Assembly (NCBI RefSeq): GCF_001194135.2
Contig: NC_068985.1
Coordinates: forward strand, 60,186,159 to 60,244,085
Length of the DNA stretch: 57,927 nucleotides
Reading direction: 5' to 3'
Origin: Octopus bimaculoides
Lineage: Eukaryota
The position numbers and the translations under genes were made by a program. Of the stretch, positions 11,415 to 23,334 are shown piece by piece. The stretch's first letter is position 1. Each line of letters opens with the position of its first letter. The notes beneath the pieces were generated by a model. The model saw nothing but the letters and a program-made list of their open reading frames with translations, had not been told where the DNA came from and did no database searches.

Positions 11415-11690
11415 ATGTTTAGCCCTAGGTCAACTCTAATCAAGCAAATCTATGATTAAAGAAGACCCAGCTGTGACCATGTTATTACTGTTTAACCCTG
11501 GGTCAGCTTTCATCAAACAAACCTATGATCAAAGAGGTTCCAGTTACTTTACTGTCTTTTGCTTTCAGACAGTGTATCTTCTAAGACTATGTTATTCAAT
11601 GTGTCCTTCCTTTAAGATGCAAAATGAGAGAGATTTGGCTGTTGTTTCTAGCTAACTGAATGACTACATAGAGGCTAGTTCATTGGTTCA
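11415..11690 (+). repeat. Unclassified interspersed repeat (many copies in window)
   Basis: Motif series tttagccc.aggtca...tatgatcaaag..ttccag.t.tgacc...gtgtatctag.actac...gatttggctgctatttctagc recurs near 5540-5700, 13340-13580, 21555-21715, 22050-22180, 22550-23130, 35160-35340, 47870-48290, 49290-49660, 50870-51420 and 55060-55180. Confidence 0.6.
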
Positions 11691-11956
11691 GTTCTGGCAT
11701 ATTTAGAGTTGAGGTTACAATGACATAACCAAACATTATAGAAACCCTTAAAATACAACAAACATAATTTGTGTTTTCTAAATATCAATCAATCAACTTA
11801 ATTTCAGTCATGTAAATTAAATTACAAGTCAATAAAAAATACTGATTTAAGCTTATTTAAATACATTGATAATTCTTGGTCATTATTATTCATCATTGGC
11901 TCATTAATGGCCATTGTAGTGTGTGTGTCAGTTTATATATATGTATGTGTGTGTAT

Positions 11957-12012
<56 letters not shown>

Positions 12013-12400
12013 TATAGATATATATATACATATATATAGATATATATATACNNNNNNNNNNNNNNNNNNNNNNNNNNNNNNNNNNNNNNNNNNNNNNNNN
12101 NNNNNNNNNNNNNNNNNNNNNNNNNNNNNNNNNNNNNNNNNNNNNNNNNNNNNNNNNNNNNNNNNNNNNNNNNNNNNNNNNNNNNNNNNNNNNNNNNNNN
12201 NNNNNNNNNNNNNNNNNNAACACACATATACTCCATATGAAGAGAGATGCTTAAAACATCAGTGAAATATATATCATGAAAATTAAAAGCTCCAATTGAT
12301 AATAGATAATTAAACTCCAACACATTATAACATTGTAGTAAATCCAGTGAAAGATTGTGATCTATCTGTGAAAATTTATACTCTTCTGCTTCCTTTCCTC

Positions 12401-12442
<42 letters not shown>

Positions 12443-13829
12443 AGTGTGTGTGTGTATGTGCATGCGTGAGTGTGAGTGTATGTGTATGTGTGTGTGACAC
12501 ACAACTTTTGTAGTATGGCTGTACCTTCAATAACAGTTTCTGTTGCATTAGAAAATTATTTGTCAATTGTCCATTGTTGAGTACATATCGATGGTAGTGA
12601 ACTAGTTTACTTTATTTTGTGTGCATTGAGTATCTGGCCAAGTGAGGACAGTAGGATTAAAACTGCACTGCAAAATCGCCATAATTGATGTGAATGTACC
12701 AACAGGAAACATGCGATATTGAGTGATATAATGTTTAACAAGAGCAGTTGCATGTTATTTGGTACAAGTTATATGTTTAACCTCTAGGCAGTAACAACTG
12801 CAGTTTATATGTGGAAGTTCAATGAATTCTCAGCTTGCATTTGCAAACACTTAACAATCTTCAAAGTGGACAGCATATATTGCCTAGAGCCTTTAGAAAT
12901 AATTTGAGAACCTTTTATACTATAAAACTCCAGTTCCTTTCAAGAAAACAAAAAACTAAAACATAAAAACAAAATCAATTCTAAAGAAGATTTGGTTTAT
13001 CATTGAGAAGACAAGAAATAGTTTTTACCAAACAGTAGTAACACCAGTGGTCAGGAAACAGTAGCTCACTTTTACATCAGCCATGTTTGTATACTGGAAA
13101 ATAAAATTAAGCTTACCTGAATGTAATGATTATAGTACAGGTTGTTATTTTATAATGCCATGATTTATATAACAATACTTCAATCTATAACGAACACAAG
13201 GTGAGTTGAAACAGCTACAAAATTTCAGTTGTTGATTCAATTCATTTCATTTACCTTCCGTGATCCTACTAAACCTGTAAATTATGAATATCAAGACTTC
13301 TGATTACTACCACCAGTAAAATATCACATCTTCATACATTGATAAGAGATGATGTTGTTGTTGTTGCTGTTGTAGTTGATCATGAATTAGCTCTTATTCA
13401 ACAAACTTTATGTTGGTTTGAATTCAGACTCAGAATAAAAGATATTCTAATCATGACATCCTATTCCTTCTTGTTTTAATTTTCCAATTATCATGTACAT
13501 CTGATTGCATATATGATATATCCTCCCATTTCATAAGACAGCTAGGGTGTAATTTGAAGAAGATCTAGCTGCTATTTTTTGCAGTAAAGTGATATTGAAG
13601 AAGTTCACTCATAAGAGACTAGTTTTCAAATGTGGTATGGAAAAGAATTGACAAAATTCAGTTTAATGATGCTATGGCTCTTATGGTAGTGAACCAACAA
13701 AGACAAAACTCTTTAGTAGCAGACTTGGTATCAATTACTTGTTGAAGTGAGTCTGTTTCAATTATATTGTTACTAACATTGAGATAGATGAAAAAGCATG
13801 AACATCACACATTCTCCTTATAATGGTTT

Positions 13830-14020
13830 TCAATTTTGGCACAAGGCCAGCAATTTCGAGGGACATGGTAAGTCAATTACATCTACTCCAGGGCTCAACT
13901 GGTACTATTTTATTGACCCAGGATGGATGAAAGGCAAAATCAACCCTGGCAGAATTTAAACTCAAAACATAAATACAAATGAAATGACACTAAGTATTTT
14001 GCCCAATGTTAACAATTCTG
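13830..14020 (-). mobile_element. SINE family 2 (degenerate)
   Basis: Matches reverse complement of 30872-31107 (gcctttcatcc...ggtcgataaa..agtaccag). Other partial copies at 14670-14830, 31500-31590, 47500-47670, 48345-48450 and 51535-51735. Confidence 0.65.
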
Positions 14021-14099
14021 CCAGTTCACTGCCTTTATCTAGCTCTATAGTGGTGTGGTATTTGAACTACAACAGAGAACATTGTTACATCTATGTAGT

Positions 14100-14420
14100 T
14101 TCTTTATATTTATCTTTTACTTGTTTCAGTCACGAGAGAGGTTGCCATGCTGGGGCACCACCTTGAAGAATTTTGTTAAACAAATGGACCCATGAACCAC
14201 AGTTGGTTTTTTTATAAGTCTCGCATTTATTCTTTTGGTCTCTCTTACTGTACTACAACGTTACAGGGATGAAAACAAACCAACACTAGTTACAAACACA
14301 CACACATGCACTCAATCGGATTCTATATAGCTTCCATCTAAATTCACTCAAAAGGCATTGGTCAGCCTGGAGCTATACATAAGACACTTGCCCAAGGTGC
14401 TGCACTCTGATAACATGTTG
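14100..14420 (-). mobile_element. SINE family 1, non-RTE tail
   Basis: cttttacttgtttcagtc...ccatgctggggcaccaccttgaagaatttt...gacacttgcccaaggtgc. Confidence 0.7.
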
Positions 14421-14940
14421 CTAACAAGTCACAATTTTAGAGTTCTCCAACCCTAAAATATTTAGGTTGATGATAATTTACTTATTGGGGCTTGTGTTGG
14501 TCAAAGTTGACCATACCTCTCTATATGCAGGTAAAGGCCAGGGGAAGCTTATTAGTGGAAATCTGGCAGTTGCCAATGAATGCAAGTTTCTCCTCACTAT
14601 ACCATCAATGTTTGATCCAAGGGGAAAGGCCACCAACTTGGGCTGATACAATGTTGCTGTCAGAATCTAAAGAGCCATCGTTCCACAATACTTTAGACTG
14701 GTATTTTTTTGTAATTGACCACAAATGCTTGAAGGCAAAATTGACCTCAGCAGGAATTGAACTCCAATATTGCAGAGAGGTGGAATAGAACCATGAGTCA
14801 ATTTATTCAATGCTCTATTGACTCTGCCAATTCACTGCCTTCAAATATGCTTAATGTATATTTGAAGGCAATGTATTCAAATATACTTCATACACTGTAT
14901 GAAGTATATTTCAGATATACTTCAATTAAATAAAACTTAC

Positions 14941-15001
14941 ACCCCATGATGACGGGAAGACTCATTAGCATAATGATCATGTAACTGAGTACATAGCCCA
15001 T
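14941..15001 (-). CDS. Putative first coding exon encoding a signal-peptide-like sequence (MGYVLSYMIIMLMSLPVIMG)
   Basis: ATG with A at -3 and G at +4, 20 mostly hydrophobic codons plus 1 nt, then a perfect GTAAGT donor (phase 1), in locally CpG-richer unique sequence. No downstream exon could be assigned. Confidence 0.38.
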
Positions 15002-15469
15002 AGTTCTTCTGCGAGATATTTCGACTACCTCTCTGGGCCCTTAATGCCCCACCCCCAAAAAATATCTGCCATAACATAATGGAAAAAATATGACCGTCAT
15101 TTCCATCTTAAAGTAAATGTGTTTGTTAATTGCGTTTGGCATAGAGCCAGAGTAAGAGAGTTAACGAAGAGAAGATAGAGAAGTAATAAAACTAATTCAC
15201 AAAGGCAATAAAGATTATTGGATGGCAGCGGTTATGGGTCATTGGTTTGAAAGAATCAAATTGAACACTGAAGCTGATAATGGAAACAACATCAGTAACA
15301 AATAACAAATTTACATATACCTATACACACACACACATCTATTATATATATAAATGTCTATACCTATCTATCTATCAACATATATATACATACGCACATG
15401 TATCTATATATAAATATCTATACCTATATATATATATATATAGATATATATATATGTGTGTGTGTGTGA

Positions 15470-15552
<83 letters not shown>

Positions 15553-15937
15553 ATATATACACACACACACATATATATATTTATATACATAAATGCACAC
15601 ATATATATTACATATGTATGTACATTAATACATATACATAGACATATATATACATACAAATATACATACATACATACATTCATACACATGTCGATACATA
15701 TACTCACACACCATAAACTTTTGTTTAGTAACTGTATATATGGCAGTAATAAAAATATCATTGTGACTTGGCTCATAATTAAAAACAATAAATATATAAT
15801 ATGTATCAGCACAATAATATGATATTTGACCTTGTCGGTTGACAATAACTCGCAGATCCACAACTAAGGCATGAATTAATCATAATCCCTTATTATCTTC
15901 TAACACTGACCTACTTGAGTTATTTTCCTTTTCTCAG

Positions 15938-15976
15938 AATTTCTTGAAAAAAGTTTCTGATGAAGTCATGAATAAT
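15938..15976 (+). CDS. Possible internal micro-exon (NFLKKVSDEVMNN)
   Basis: Strong acceptor ttattttccttttctcag and donor GTAAGA, open in phase 0; no homology recognised. Confidence 0.2.
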
Positions 15977-16126
15977 GTAAGAGACACTAGAATCAATGTC
16001 TGCAAGAGATTTTGTGGAAGAGTCTGAACAGGAGACTTACTTGTTACAGTTTAGTTTAAAACAATTGAAATAATCCATGAAAGATGTTAGTTTCAGGACT
16101 TAGATCCATGCCATATACTGGTTTAA

Positions 16127-16343
16127 ACCTTTAGCACTTGGACTACTCTCTCAAATGTAATGCTTATTTTTTCACATTGTTTTGTATTAATCATGCATTA
16201 TCTTGTAGCTTTGAGATTTCAGTGATGTGACTTTATTTTCCAAATGACATAAGTGAAGCAAGTGTGTGAGATTGACCTGACTTGTTTGAAAATAAAACAG
16301 TTTGAATATTTGGGCCTGACATGACAGTTTGAATGCTAAAGAT
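16127..16343 (-). mobile_element. piggyBac-type MITE (degenerate copy)
   Basis: Same family as 29342-29557; TTAA flanks, decayed TIRs. Confidence 0.7.
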
Positions 16344-16505
16344 TTAATGCTCGAGGAAATCCATCAATGTGTGGGAGGGGTATAGAAATGTAATAATTAA
16401 ATAGCTTCGTTAATATAGAAGCTGAGACTGTGTTTATACTAGGTTTCCATCAAGTCTGACCTTTGTTTTTCACTACCAGAAATAATATACTGTATTTTCC
16501 ATAGA

Positions 16506-16639
16506 TGCAGGTGTGGTAAGAAGCTTGCTTCTCAACCACATGATTCTGGGTTCAGTCTCACTATGTGGCACCTTGGGCAAGTGTCTTCTTCTATAGCCTT
16601 ATGAGTAGATTTGGCAGACAGAAACTTAAAGAAACCCAT

Positions 16640-16724
<85 letters not shown>

Positions 16725-16942
16725 GCATGTGTGTCTTTGTGTATGTGCTTGTACCCACCACCATTTGACAACTGGTATTGATGTGTTTACTTCCCCATAA
16801 CTTAAAAATCCAGCAAAAGCGACTGATAGAATAAGTACCTGGCTTAAAAAAAAAAGTACTGGGCCAATTCATTCAACTAAAAATTTTTCAAGGTAGTGCC
16901 CCAGCATGGCCGCAGTCTGATGATTGAAACAAGTAAAAGATA
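16506..16942 (+). mobile_element. SINE family 1, non-RTE tail, with internal (TG)n
   Basis: tRNA-like head gtgtggtaagaagcttgcttctcaaccacatgattctgggttcagtctc; core gcaccttgggcaagtgtcttct; tail ccccagcatggccgcagt...gaaacaagtaaaagata. Confidence 0.8.
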
Positions 16943-17349
16943 CAAGCTGAAGTTTTCTGACCAAAATTAACAGGCAAAAACGGTAGGTCAACTTATATAC
17001 TAAGACAACTTTGGCGGACCAAATTTGCAGCAGGGTTTGGAAAGATAGTGATGAAGTTTGAATGTTTACATTATATTCTACATTGACATGTATGCCAAAA
17101 GATATGGTGCCTGAATCTAACTTTGTGGCCTCCATGTAGTCACTGGACAGGTTATGAATATTATCAAAATTTCACTGGAGTCAAACCCCCTACCACATTA
17201 AAAAGGTGAGGGCACATTGAATAATATATTCCTAGATGCACAATGTCTGAATTAAAGACAGGACAATCATGGCAGAAATAATTTTAGTGATTTTTCAGCT
17301 TAGAGCAAAAGCTGATATTCAATCAAGATTATTATCCAGTCAATACACT

Positions 17350-17713
17350 TGTAGCGGCACAAGCAGTCAGCGGCATATTGGATGAGATCTCGCGGCAGCC
17401 ATTGCCATCTCTGAGACCTCACCTGCTTCCATTTGCCATGTGTGAGATCACAACGAAGCTTGCGATGGCAAACTAAATAAAAGGAACAAGCAACAAGGTT
17501 CAATCTCTTTTCCCTGCGAGAGCTTGCAGAGCACACTTCACTGGCTGGGCCTCTAGGCTAATCCGCTTGTCGTATCTCCAGAGGGAATGGGCCCGCATAA
17601 CAGAGAACGACGAATTCACACCACACCCTTGTATATATTGTAAAATAAAACTAATGGAGAACCTGCGTTTTGCCTAATACTTCTTTACTCGACTGCTGGA
17701 GCCTTAAGCAACA
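17350..17713 (+). mobile_element. Probable solo LTR
   Basis: GC-richer 364-bp block beginning TGTAGC and ending GCAACA (TG...CA with 5/6 inverted termini), with AATAAA in the 3' half. No clean TSD found. Confidence 0.5.
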
Positions 17714-18599
17714 CAAAGAATAAGAAATTAATGGGAGAAGGCGATATTCAACTGATTTCGAGAACCTTGCCTCTCATTATACACTGTTACCCCAACAAAG
17801 AAAAACATAAATGCTGCATCCTCTCATTAATCAATCCTTCCAATACATTATGATTAAATTTGTAAAGAGTCCCAGTTATAAAATAATACAAGTACAATCT
17901 TTCATTTCATTTCATTTCAGGAGAAAAAAGCAATAGAATCCCGATGCTGGCTTTAACAAAATCTTAAACAGCTGATGTGATGTTTCTGCCTGACAGCTGA
18001 GAATGCTGTCATTTAACCATGTGGTCTATTTTCTACATTATGTGTAACAGCATCTTAATGAAACAATATGACTGTAACAACGTTTACAAATTTAAACCCA
18101 AATACTCTGTGTCTGTGTTCTTGTTAATTTATATAACATTGTGTCATTGAAGTACCAGATGAATGTTGCATTCCTCTTCCATAATAAATCAATATTACAT
18201 TCCTCTTCCTCACAATTCTCAAAACAATCAATAGAAAAGAAATGAACAAAGACAGTCACCCCAATAAAACAATAGAGTTCCCTACAACCATAAAATAGAT
18301 CACCACACACACACATGCATGCATGCACACACTAATAAAACAACAGAGTATCTCTCTAAATACAAACTGTATGCAATTAGAACCCTCAAAGTTATTATAA
18401 CTAACAGGTCTCAACATCACTGAAGATTTACTATGGCAACGGCACATCCTCAATTTAGCAAACACTGCATCAGACAGATTGGGGTCATTCTTTAGGGCTA
18501 GAAAATAACTTAGCATCTGACACCCATTAACCCTCTAGAAATCTCAAGTGATACCCACAATAGAGTACTGTTGTCACACTTGAACCAATGCTGCTACAT

Positions 18600-18800
18600 A
18601 TACAAACAACAATAACCATATCCTGCCCTCCATAAAAGGCTACCCAACTGATTGGCATGAAGTCATTCACCAACCCACTCCAACCTCTGATCCACAGGTA
18701 CATTGTCTCCTCTCTCTGCTTCTCCTACTGTACTATAATGGCCTCTTCCCCTTAGAACTAACTGGTCTCCTGCCAGCCCTACTCAAGAACACCTGATTCA
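18600..18800 (+). mobile_element. CR1/L2-group LINE C-terminal fragment
   Basis: ATQLIGMKSFTNPLQPLIHRYIVSSLCFSY resembles the post-RT segment of CR1/Crack/Daphne-type ORF2. Confidence 0.45.
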
Positions 18801-18904
18801 CTCCTCTTTTCTCCTCTGAGGCACATTTTTTACAGAGTCTTCTAATATGTGTTCTAGTTTTCTGCACTCTGAGTTCCAGTGTCACATTTTATCCCTTTGA
18901 GATT

Positions 18905-19295
18905 ACCATCATTTAACATTCATTTTTCCGTGTTTGCAAGGATCAGACAGAATTTATTGAGCCAGATTTTCTATGACCTAATGCTCTTCCTGTTACCAAC
19001 CCTCACTTGATGGCAAGCAAGGTAATATCTTCCCATGGACAGAGATGCTTTCACTTGTATGATGGTGATGCTCATTTACACCCTTCACATGATATCAAGA
19101 CAAGGATACACACATACATAGTTATATGACAGGCTTCTTCTAGTTTCCATCAACCAAATCCACTCACAAGGCTTTAATCAGCCTGGGACTATAAAAGAAG
19201 ACATTTGCCCTAAGTACCAGACAGTGAGGCTGAACCTCAGACCATATAGTGGGAAAGCAAGTTGCTTAACCAACCATATTGCCATGCTTGCACCT
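18905..19295 (-). mobile_element. SINE family 1 with RTE-like tail
   Basis: Reverse complement of the 10270/36045 type. Confidence 0.7.
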
Positions 19296-19599
19296 ATCAA
19301 TAATATAAAGTACTAGTCAAATACTGGGATTGATTTATCCATCAAAATCAGTTATGTGAAGGGGCCAAGAAAGGAACATTTACAACTTGACCTCACTGAT
19401 CCTTTCGCAACCACATGACAAAAACGGCCTATTTTGCATTTCTCAACCCACACGTTAACCCAGTCATTCCTCCCCAAGACGTTATCCCTCAGGAAATCCC
19501 TTACTGCCCACTCTCTCTCTCTCTCTCTCTCTCTCCATTTTCTTTTTTACTGATGCCATCAACTTGCAGTTATTCACCCATCTCAGAAAATCTGTGAAA

Positions 19600-19852
19600 A
19601 TCTATGGGCACTGGCCATTCCTCTAAACCCCTTAGGGGTCCACGTAAGATTTTGCTTTTAAAATTTACCTTCAACAAACTGGTTATACTTCTACAAGACA
19701 CAAAATATTTTAATTTTTTTTATTCAATTTCTAATAATATTTGATCCTAAAAATATAATAAAATTTTTTAAACAGTGAATGGTTATAAGGGTCCAACCGA
19801 ACAAAATAGGAACCAAGGTGGGATCTATAAGTAAAAAATGGTTGAGGACCAT
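19600..19852 (-). mobile_element. hAT-type MITE (partial; family of 54596-54975)
   Basis: Ends aaaaaatggttgaggaccattg (cf. GGTTGAGAACCACTG); shares ggggtcca motifs with 54596-54975. Confidence 0.5.
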
Positions 19853-20122
19853 TGTTCTAAATCAAAGAAATAAAGCAATAACAACAAAGTGGTCTCTATT
19901 AAAAGCAGCCAAGAATCATGAGATAGTGATGTTAAACCGATTCAATGTGAAATCTATTTGGAAAACCAGGAAGTCTCACTAACAAGATTTTACATTTCCA
20001 CTTAACAGATTTCATAAACAAGTCTTTAATTGTACAGTTCTATATTTAAGAGATGAGGAATTATTTACATTATTTACATTATTTACATTTGACGGATATT
20101 TGTTCTCATCTTGTTTGTTGTT

Positions 20123-20168
20123 AACACAACGTTTCAGCTGATATACCCTCCAGCCTTCGTCAGGTGTC
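20123..20168 (-). ncRNA. Minimal type I hammerhead ribozyme variant (left arm)
   Basis: GACAC-CTGACGA-A-GGCTG-GAGGGTATAT-CAGCT-GAAAC-GT-T-GTGTT; palindromic ACGT stem III, one extra A after the core. Confidence 0.65.
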
Positions 20169-20255
20169 TTGGGGAAATTTCGAACCTGGGTTCTCATTCC
20201 TAACGATGTTACTATTATTATATTATTATTATTATTATTATTACTATTATTAATC

Positions 20256-20329
20256 AGGTCACTGCCGTGAATCGAACTCGGAATCTTGGGGTTAGTAGCC
20301 CGCGCTCTTATCCACTACGCCATATGCCC
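20256..20329 (-). promoter_or_regulatory. tRNA-derived Pol III internal promoter head (left arm)
   Basis: A box TGGCGTAGTGG, B box GAGTTCGATTC. Confidence 0.7.
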
Positions 20330-21238
20330 GTGGGCAATTATGGAGTGAATTTTAGGGCTTATAAATCTATTATNNNNNNNNNNNNNNNNNNNNNNNNNNN
20401 NNNNNNNNNNNNNNNNNNNNNNNNNNNNNNNNNNNNNNNNNNNNNNNNNNNNNNNNNNNNNNNNNNNNNNNNNNNNNNNNNNNNNNNNNNNNNNNNNNNN
20501 NNNNNNNNNNNNNNNNNNNNNNNNNNNNNNNNNNNNNNNNNNNNNNNNNNNNNNNNNNNNNNNNNNNNNNNNNNNNNNNNNNNNNNNNNNNNNNNNNNNN
20601 NNNNNNNNNNNNNNNNNNNNNNNNNNNNNNNNNNNNNNNNNNNNNNNNNNNNNNNNNNNNNNNNNNNNNNNNNNNNNNNNNNNNNNNNNNNNNNNNNNNN
20701 NNNNNNNNNNNNNNNNNNNNNNNNNNNNNNNNNNNNNNNNNNNNNNNNNNNNNNNNNNNNNNNNNNNNNNNNNNNNNNNNNNNNNNNNNNNNNNNNNNNN
20801 NNNNNNNNNNNNNNNNNNNNNNNNNNNNNNNNNNNNNNNNNNNNNNNNNNNNNNNNNNNNNNNNNNNNNNNNNNNNNNNNNNNNNNNNNNNNNNNNNNNN
20901 NNNNNNNNNNNNNNNNNNNNNNNNNNNNNNNNNNNNNNNNNNNNNNNNNNNNNNNNNNNNNNNNNNNNNNNNNNNNNNNNNNNNNNNNNNNNNNNNNNNN
21001 NNNNNNNNNNNNNNNNNNNNNNNNNNNNNNNNNNNNNNNNNNNNNNNNNNNNNNNNNNNNNNNNNNNNNNNNNNNNNNNNNNNNNNNNNNNNNNNNNNNN
21101 NNNNNNNNNNNNNNNNNNNNNNNNNNNNNNNNNNNNNNNNNNNNNNNNNNNNNNNNNNNNNNNNNNNNNNCCGGTATTGAGGAAGGATAGAAAAATAATA
21201 GATTTATAAGCCCTAAAATTCACTCCATAATTGCCCAC

Positions 21239-21312
21239 GGGCATATGGCGTAGTGGTTAAGAGCGCGGGCTACTAATCCCAAGATTCCGAGTTCGATTCA
21301 CGGCAGCGACCT
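21239..21312 (+). promoter_or_regulatory. tRNA-derived Pol III internal promoter head (right arm)
   Basis: GGGCATATGGCGTAGTGGTTAAGAGCGCGGGCTACTAATCCCAAGATTCCGAGTTCGATTCACGGCAGCGACCT; A and B boxes present, acceptor stem not paired, so not a real tRNA. Confidence 0.7.
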
Positions 21313-21396
21313 GATTAATAATAGTAATAATAATAATAATAATATAATAATAGTAACATCGTTAGGAATGAGAACCCAGGTTCGAAATTTCCCCAA

Positions 21397-21442
21397 GACA
21401 CCTGACGAAGGCTGGAGGGTATATCAGCCGAAACATTGTGTT
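21397..21442 (+). ncRNA. Minimal type I hammerhead ribozyme variant (right arm)
   Basis: GACAC-CTGACGA-A-GGCTG-loop-CAGCC-GAAAC-AT-T-GTGTT; a G>A change breaks the ACGT palindrome. Confidence 0.6.
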
Positions 21443-21743
21443 AACAACAAACAAGATGAGGACAAATATCCGTCAAATGTAAATAATGTAAATAATGTAA
21501 GTCTTTAATTGATCCATATCTATGGAAGAAGACACATAAGACAGAAGACTTCACTGTTGTTGTTTAGCCCTAGATCAACCCAAAACCAGCAATCATGTGA
21601 TCAAAGATATTCCAATTGTGACCACTCCATCTTTCAGTCTGGTATAAACAATGTGTCTTCCCTTTTTTAAAGTTTTAGGCCATGAGTTAATGGAGATTAG
21701 GTTGCCATCTCATTGGATCAGATTTTTGTAAGGCAGTGTTTGA

Positions 21744-21962
21744 CCCTTTTGCATTTAAACTGGCCATAACTGACCTAAATATTCTACCTGTTTTACGTGC
21801 AAAGTGGCCAGATCTGGCCTATCACACTTATTTTACAATGTCATTCTACAAATAAACACTCACACCATTGAAAGCTCAAAACTATGGGATAGTGCATGAT
21901 AATTCAAAACAATGGGAATAAATAAGCATTACATTTGTTAGAGTAATCTGAATGCTAAAGGA
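21744..21962 (+). mobile_element. piggyBac-type MITE
   Basis: cccttttgcattt...gaatgctaaagga|ttaa; family of 29342-29557. Confidence 0.7.
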
Positions 21963-23334
21963 TTAATGATCATTACCCCACCATACAAGGTTTAAACCCA
22001 CCAATGGGCTACTGAAAACTGTAGATGGATTCTATGAAATAGTTGTGGTTGTTGTTTAATCCAAGGCCAGTTCTGATCAAGTAAACATCTGATTAAAAAC
22101 ATTCCAACCATGACCATTCCTTTTTTTTTTTTTTTTTTTTTCAAACACAGTGTATCTAGGACTACATCATCTGATTTTGTCTGCTTATTTTATCTTGTGA
22201 TGTCTAAATAATCAATATGCACAAACATAATAATTAGCAAGAGTGAAAGCCTGGCTGCAGAAACTTGCAACATCCATCAGATATTGTAATTGCATGTATT
22301 CAATAATTTTGTTGAAACATAAAGAATCTTTAGAAATCATTCAAGCTTTCAATTTTCTCAATTTTCTTGTTTTCTTCCAATAAAAATGAAGCATTTGAGG
22401 CGTATTGGATTCTGCTTGTTGTTTGGATGAGGAACTGCACAAAGAATGTACAAAATTGCTTGAAACGGTGGAATGATTTGATAGAGACATGAAGGAAAAC
22501 AATATGAAATGTCAAAAATTATTAACGGCAAGTTATTGGATTAAATAGTAATTTGAGGAACATTTGGTTGCTATTTCTAGCAAATTGGGCAACCACACAG
22601 AGGCTCTCTTATTGGACTGATTGTTCTTTGTCAAAAGTAGTGTTTCATTAGTTCTCTTTTTGTGGATTCAAATGTATCATTGTTTCTAGCAAACTTAATG
22701 ACCACATAGAGGTCCCTTCCCCAGTTGGCTCCACTACCACAGGCATTATATCCTGTCGATATGACTTTATTGTAAACTGAAACTGCAACTTTGTTTCATT
22801 GCCCAACTATAGTTGTTTCACTTCATTTTAAATGTGTTGTTTAGCCCCAGGTCAGCTCTGTTAGAATGGATTTGTGGGCAAGGGTTCTCTAGTCATGACC
22901 ACCATGTCTCTTTGTATATCTATGACAATAATACTGAAGGTGTTCCTCCTTTTATAAGACTACTGTGTGGTTTAATGGATATTTTGCTGCTATTTTTAAC
23001 ATTTTGAGCTCAAGAGAACAGTGATGGATTTCTGATAAATGTCTACATCAGATATCAAACAAATAGTTGAAGAATCACCAAAGGAATCTCTTTAAGAACA
23101 CTCAACCTGCTACAGTTGGCAGTCAAATCCCCTTCAGGTTTAACCCTCCTATTCTAAAATGGATGAAAAGATGTACTGATCAGATGTGATTTGAGGCAAC
23201 ATGATTCCACACAATATCAAATCGAGGAATAGGTGTGTTGGATCAGAGATGAGTAATCTGAATTCTGGAAATTCTTGACAGCTTTACAGAAACATTTTCA
23301 GAAGACATCAAAGCATCTTAACAAATTTGAATAG

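Larger units (their letters stand above)
20033..21498. mobile_element. Head-to-head (inverted) pair of tRNA-headed, hammerhead-containing retroelement copies with 13-bp TSD
   Basis: Left arm (minus) 20033-20373 and right arm (plus) 21195-21498 differ by about 6 substitutions plus one AAT unit. Flanked by the exact direct repeat AAGTCTTTAATTG at 20020-20032 and 21499-21511; centre is a 797-N gap. Confidence 0.85.

Noticed and set aside
13141-13200. Other isolated exon-like segments (+13141-13200, +17921, +28707, +30411, +45253-45284, +50121, +55531)
   Set aside because: Splice-like motifs are frequent by chance in AT-rich DNA; no phase-consistent chain or recognisable protein.
16917-16933. 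CTGATGA-TT-GAAAC hammerhead-like core in a SINE tail
   Set aside because: No stem II; other copies read gtc.aatgactgaaac, so CTGATGA is a copy-specific mutation.
21239-21312. Functional tRNA genes (also 20256-20329, 7785-7858, 28223-28292, 53283-53355)
   Set aside because: Acceptor and/or anticodon stems do not pair, and each is fused to a repeat body; these are SINE-type heads.
22380-22490. Myb/SANT-like 'NCLKRWNDL' peptide (Harbinger-type)
   Set aside because: Only a short motif, no supporting context; could be chance.
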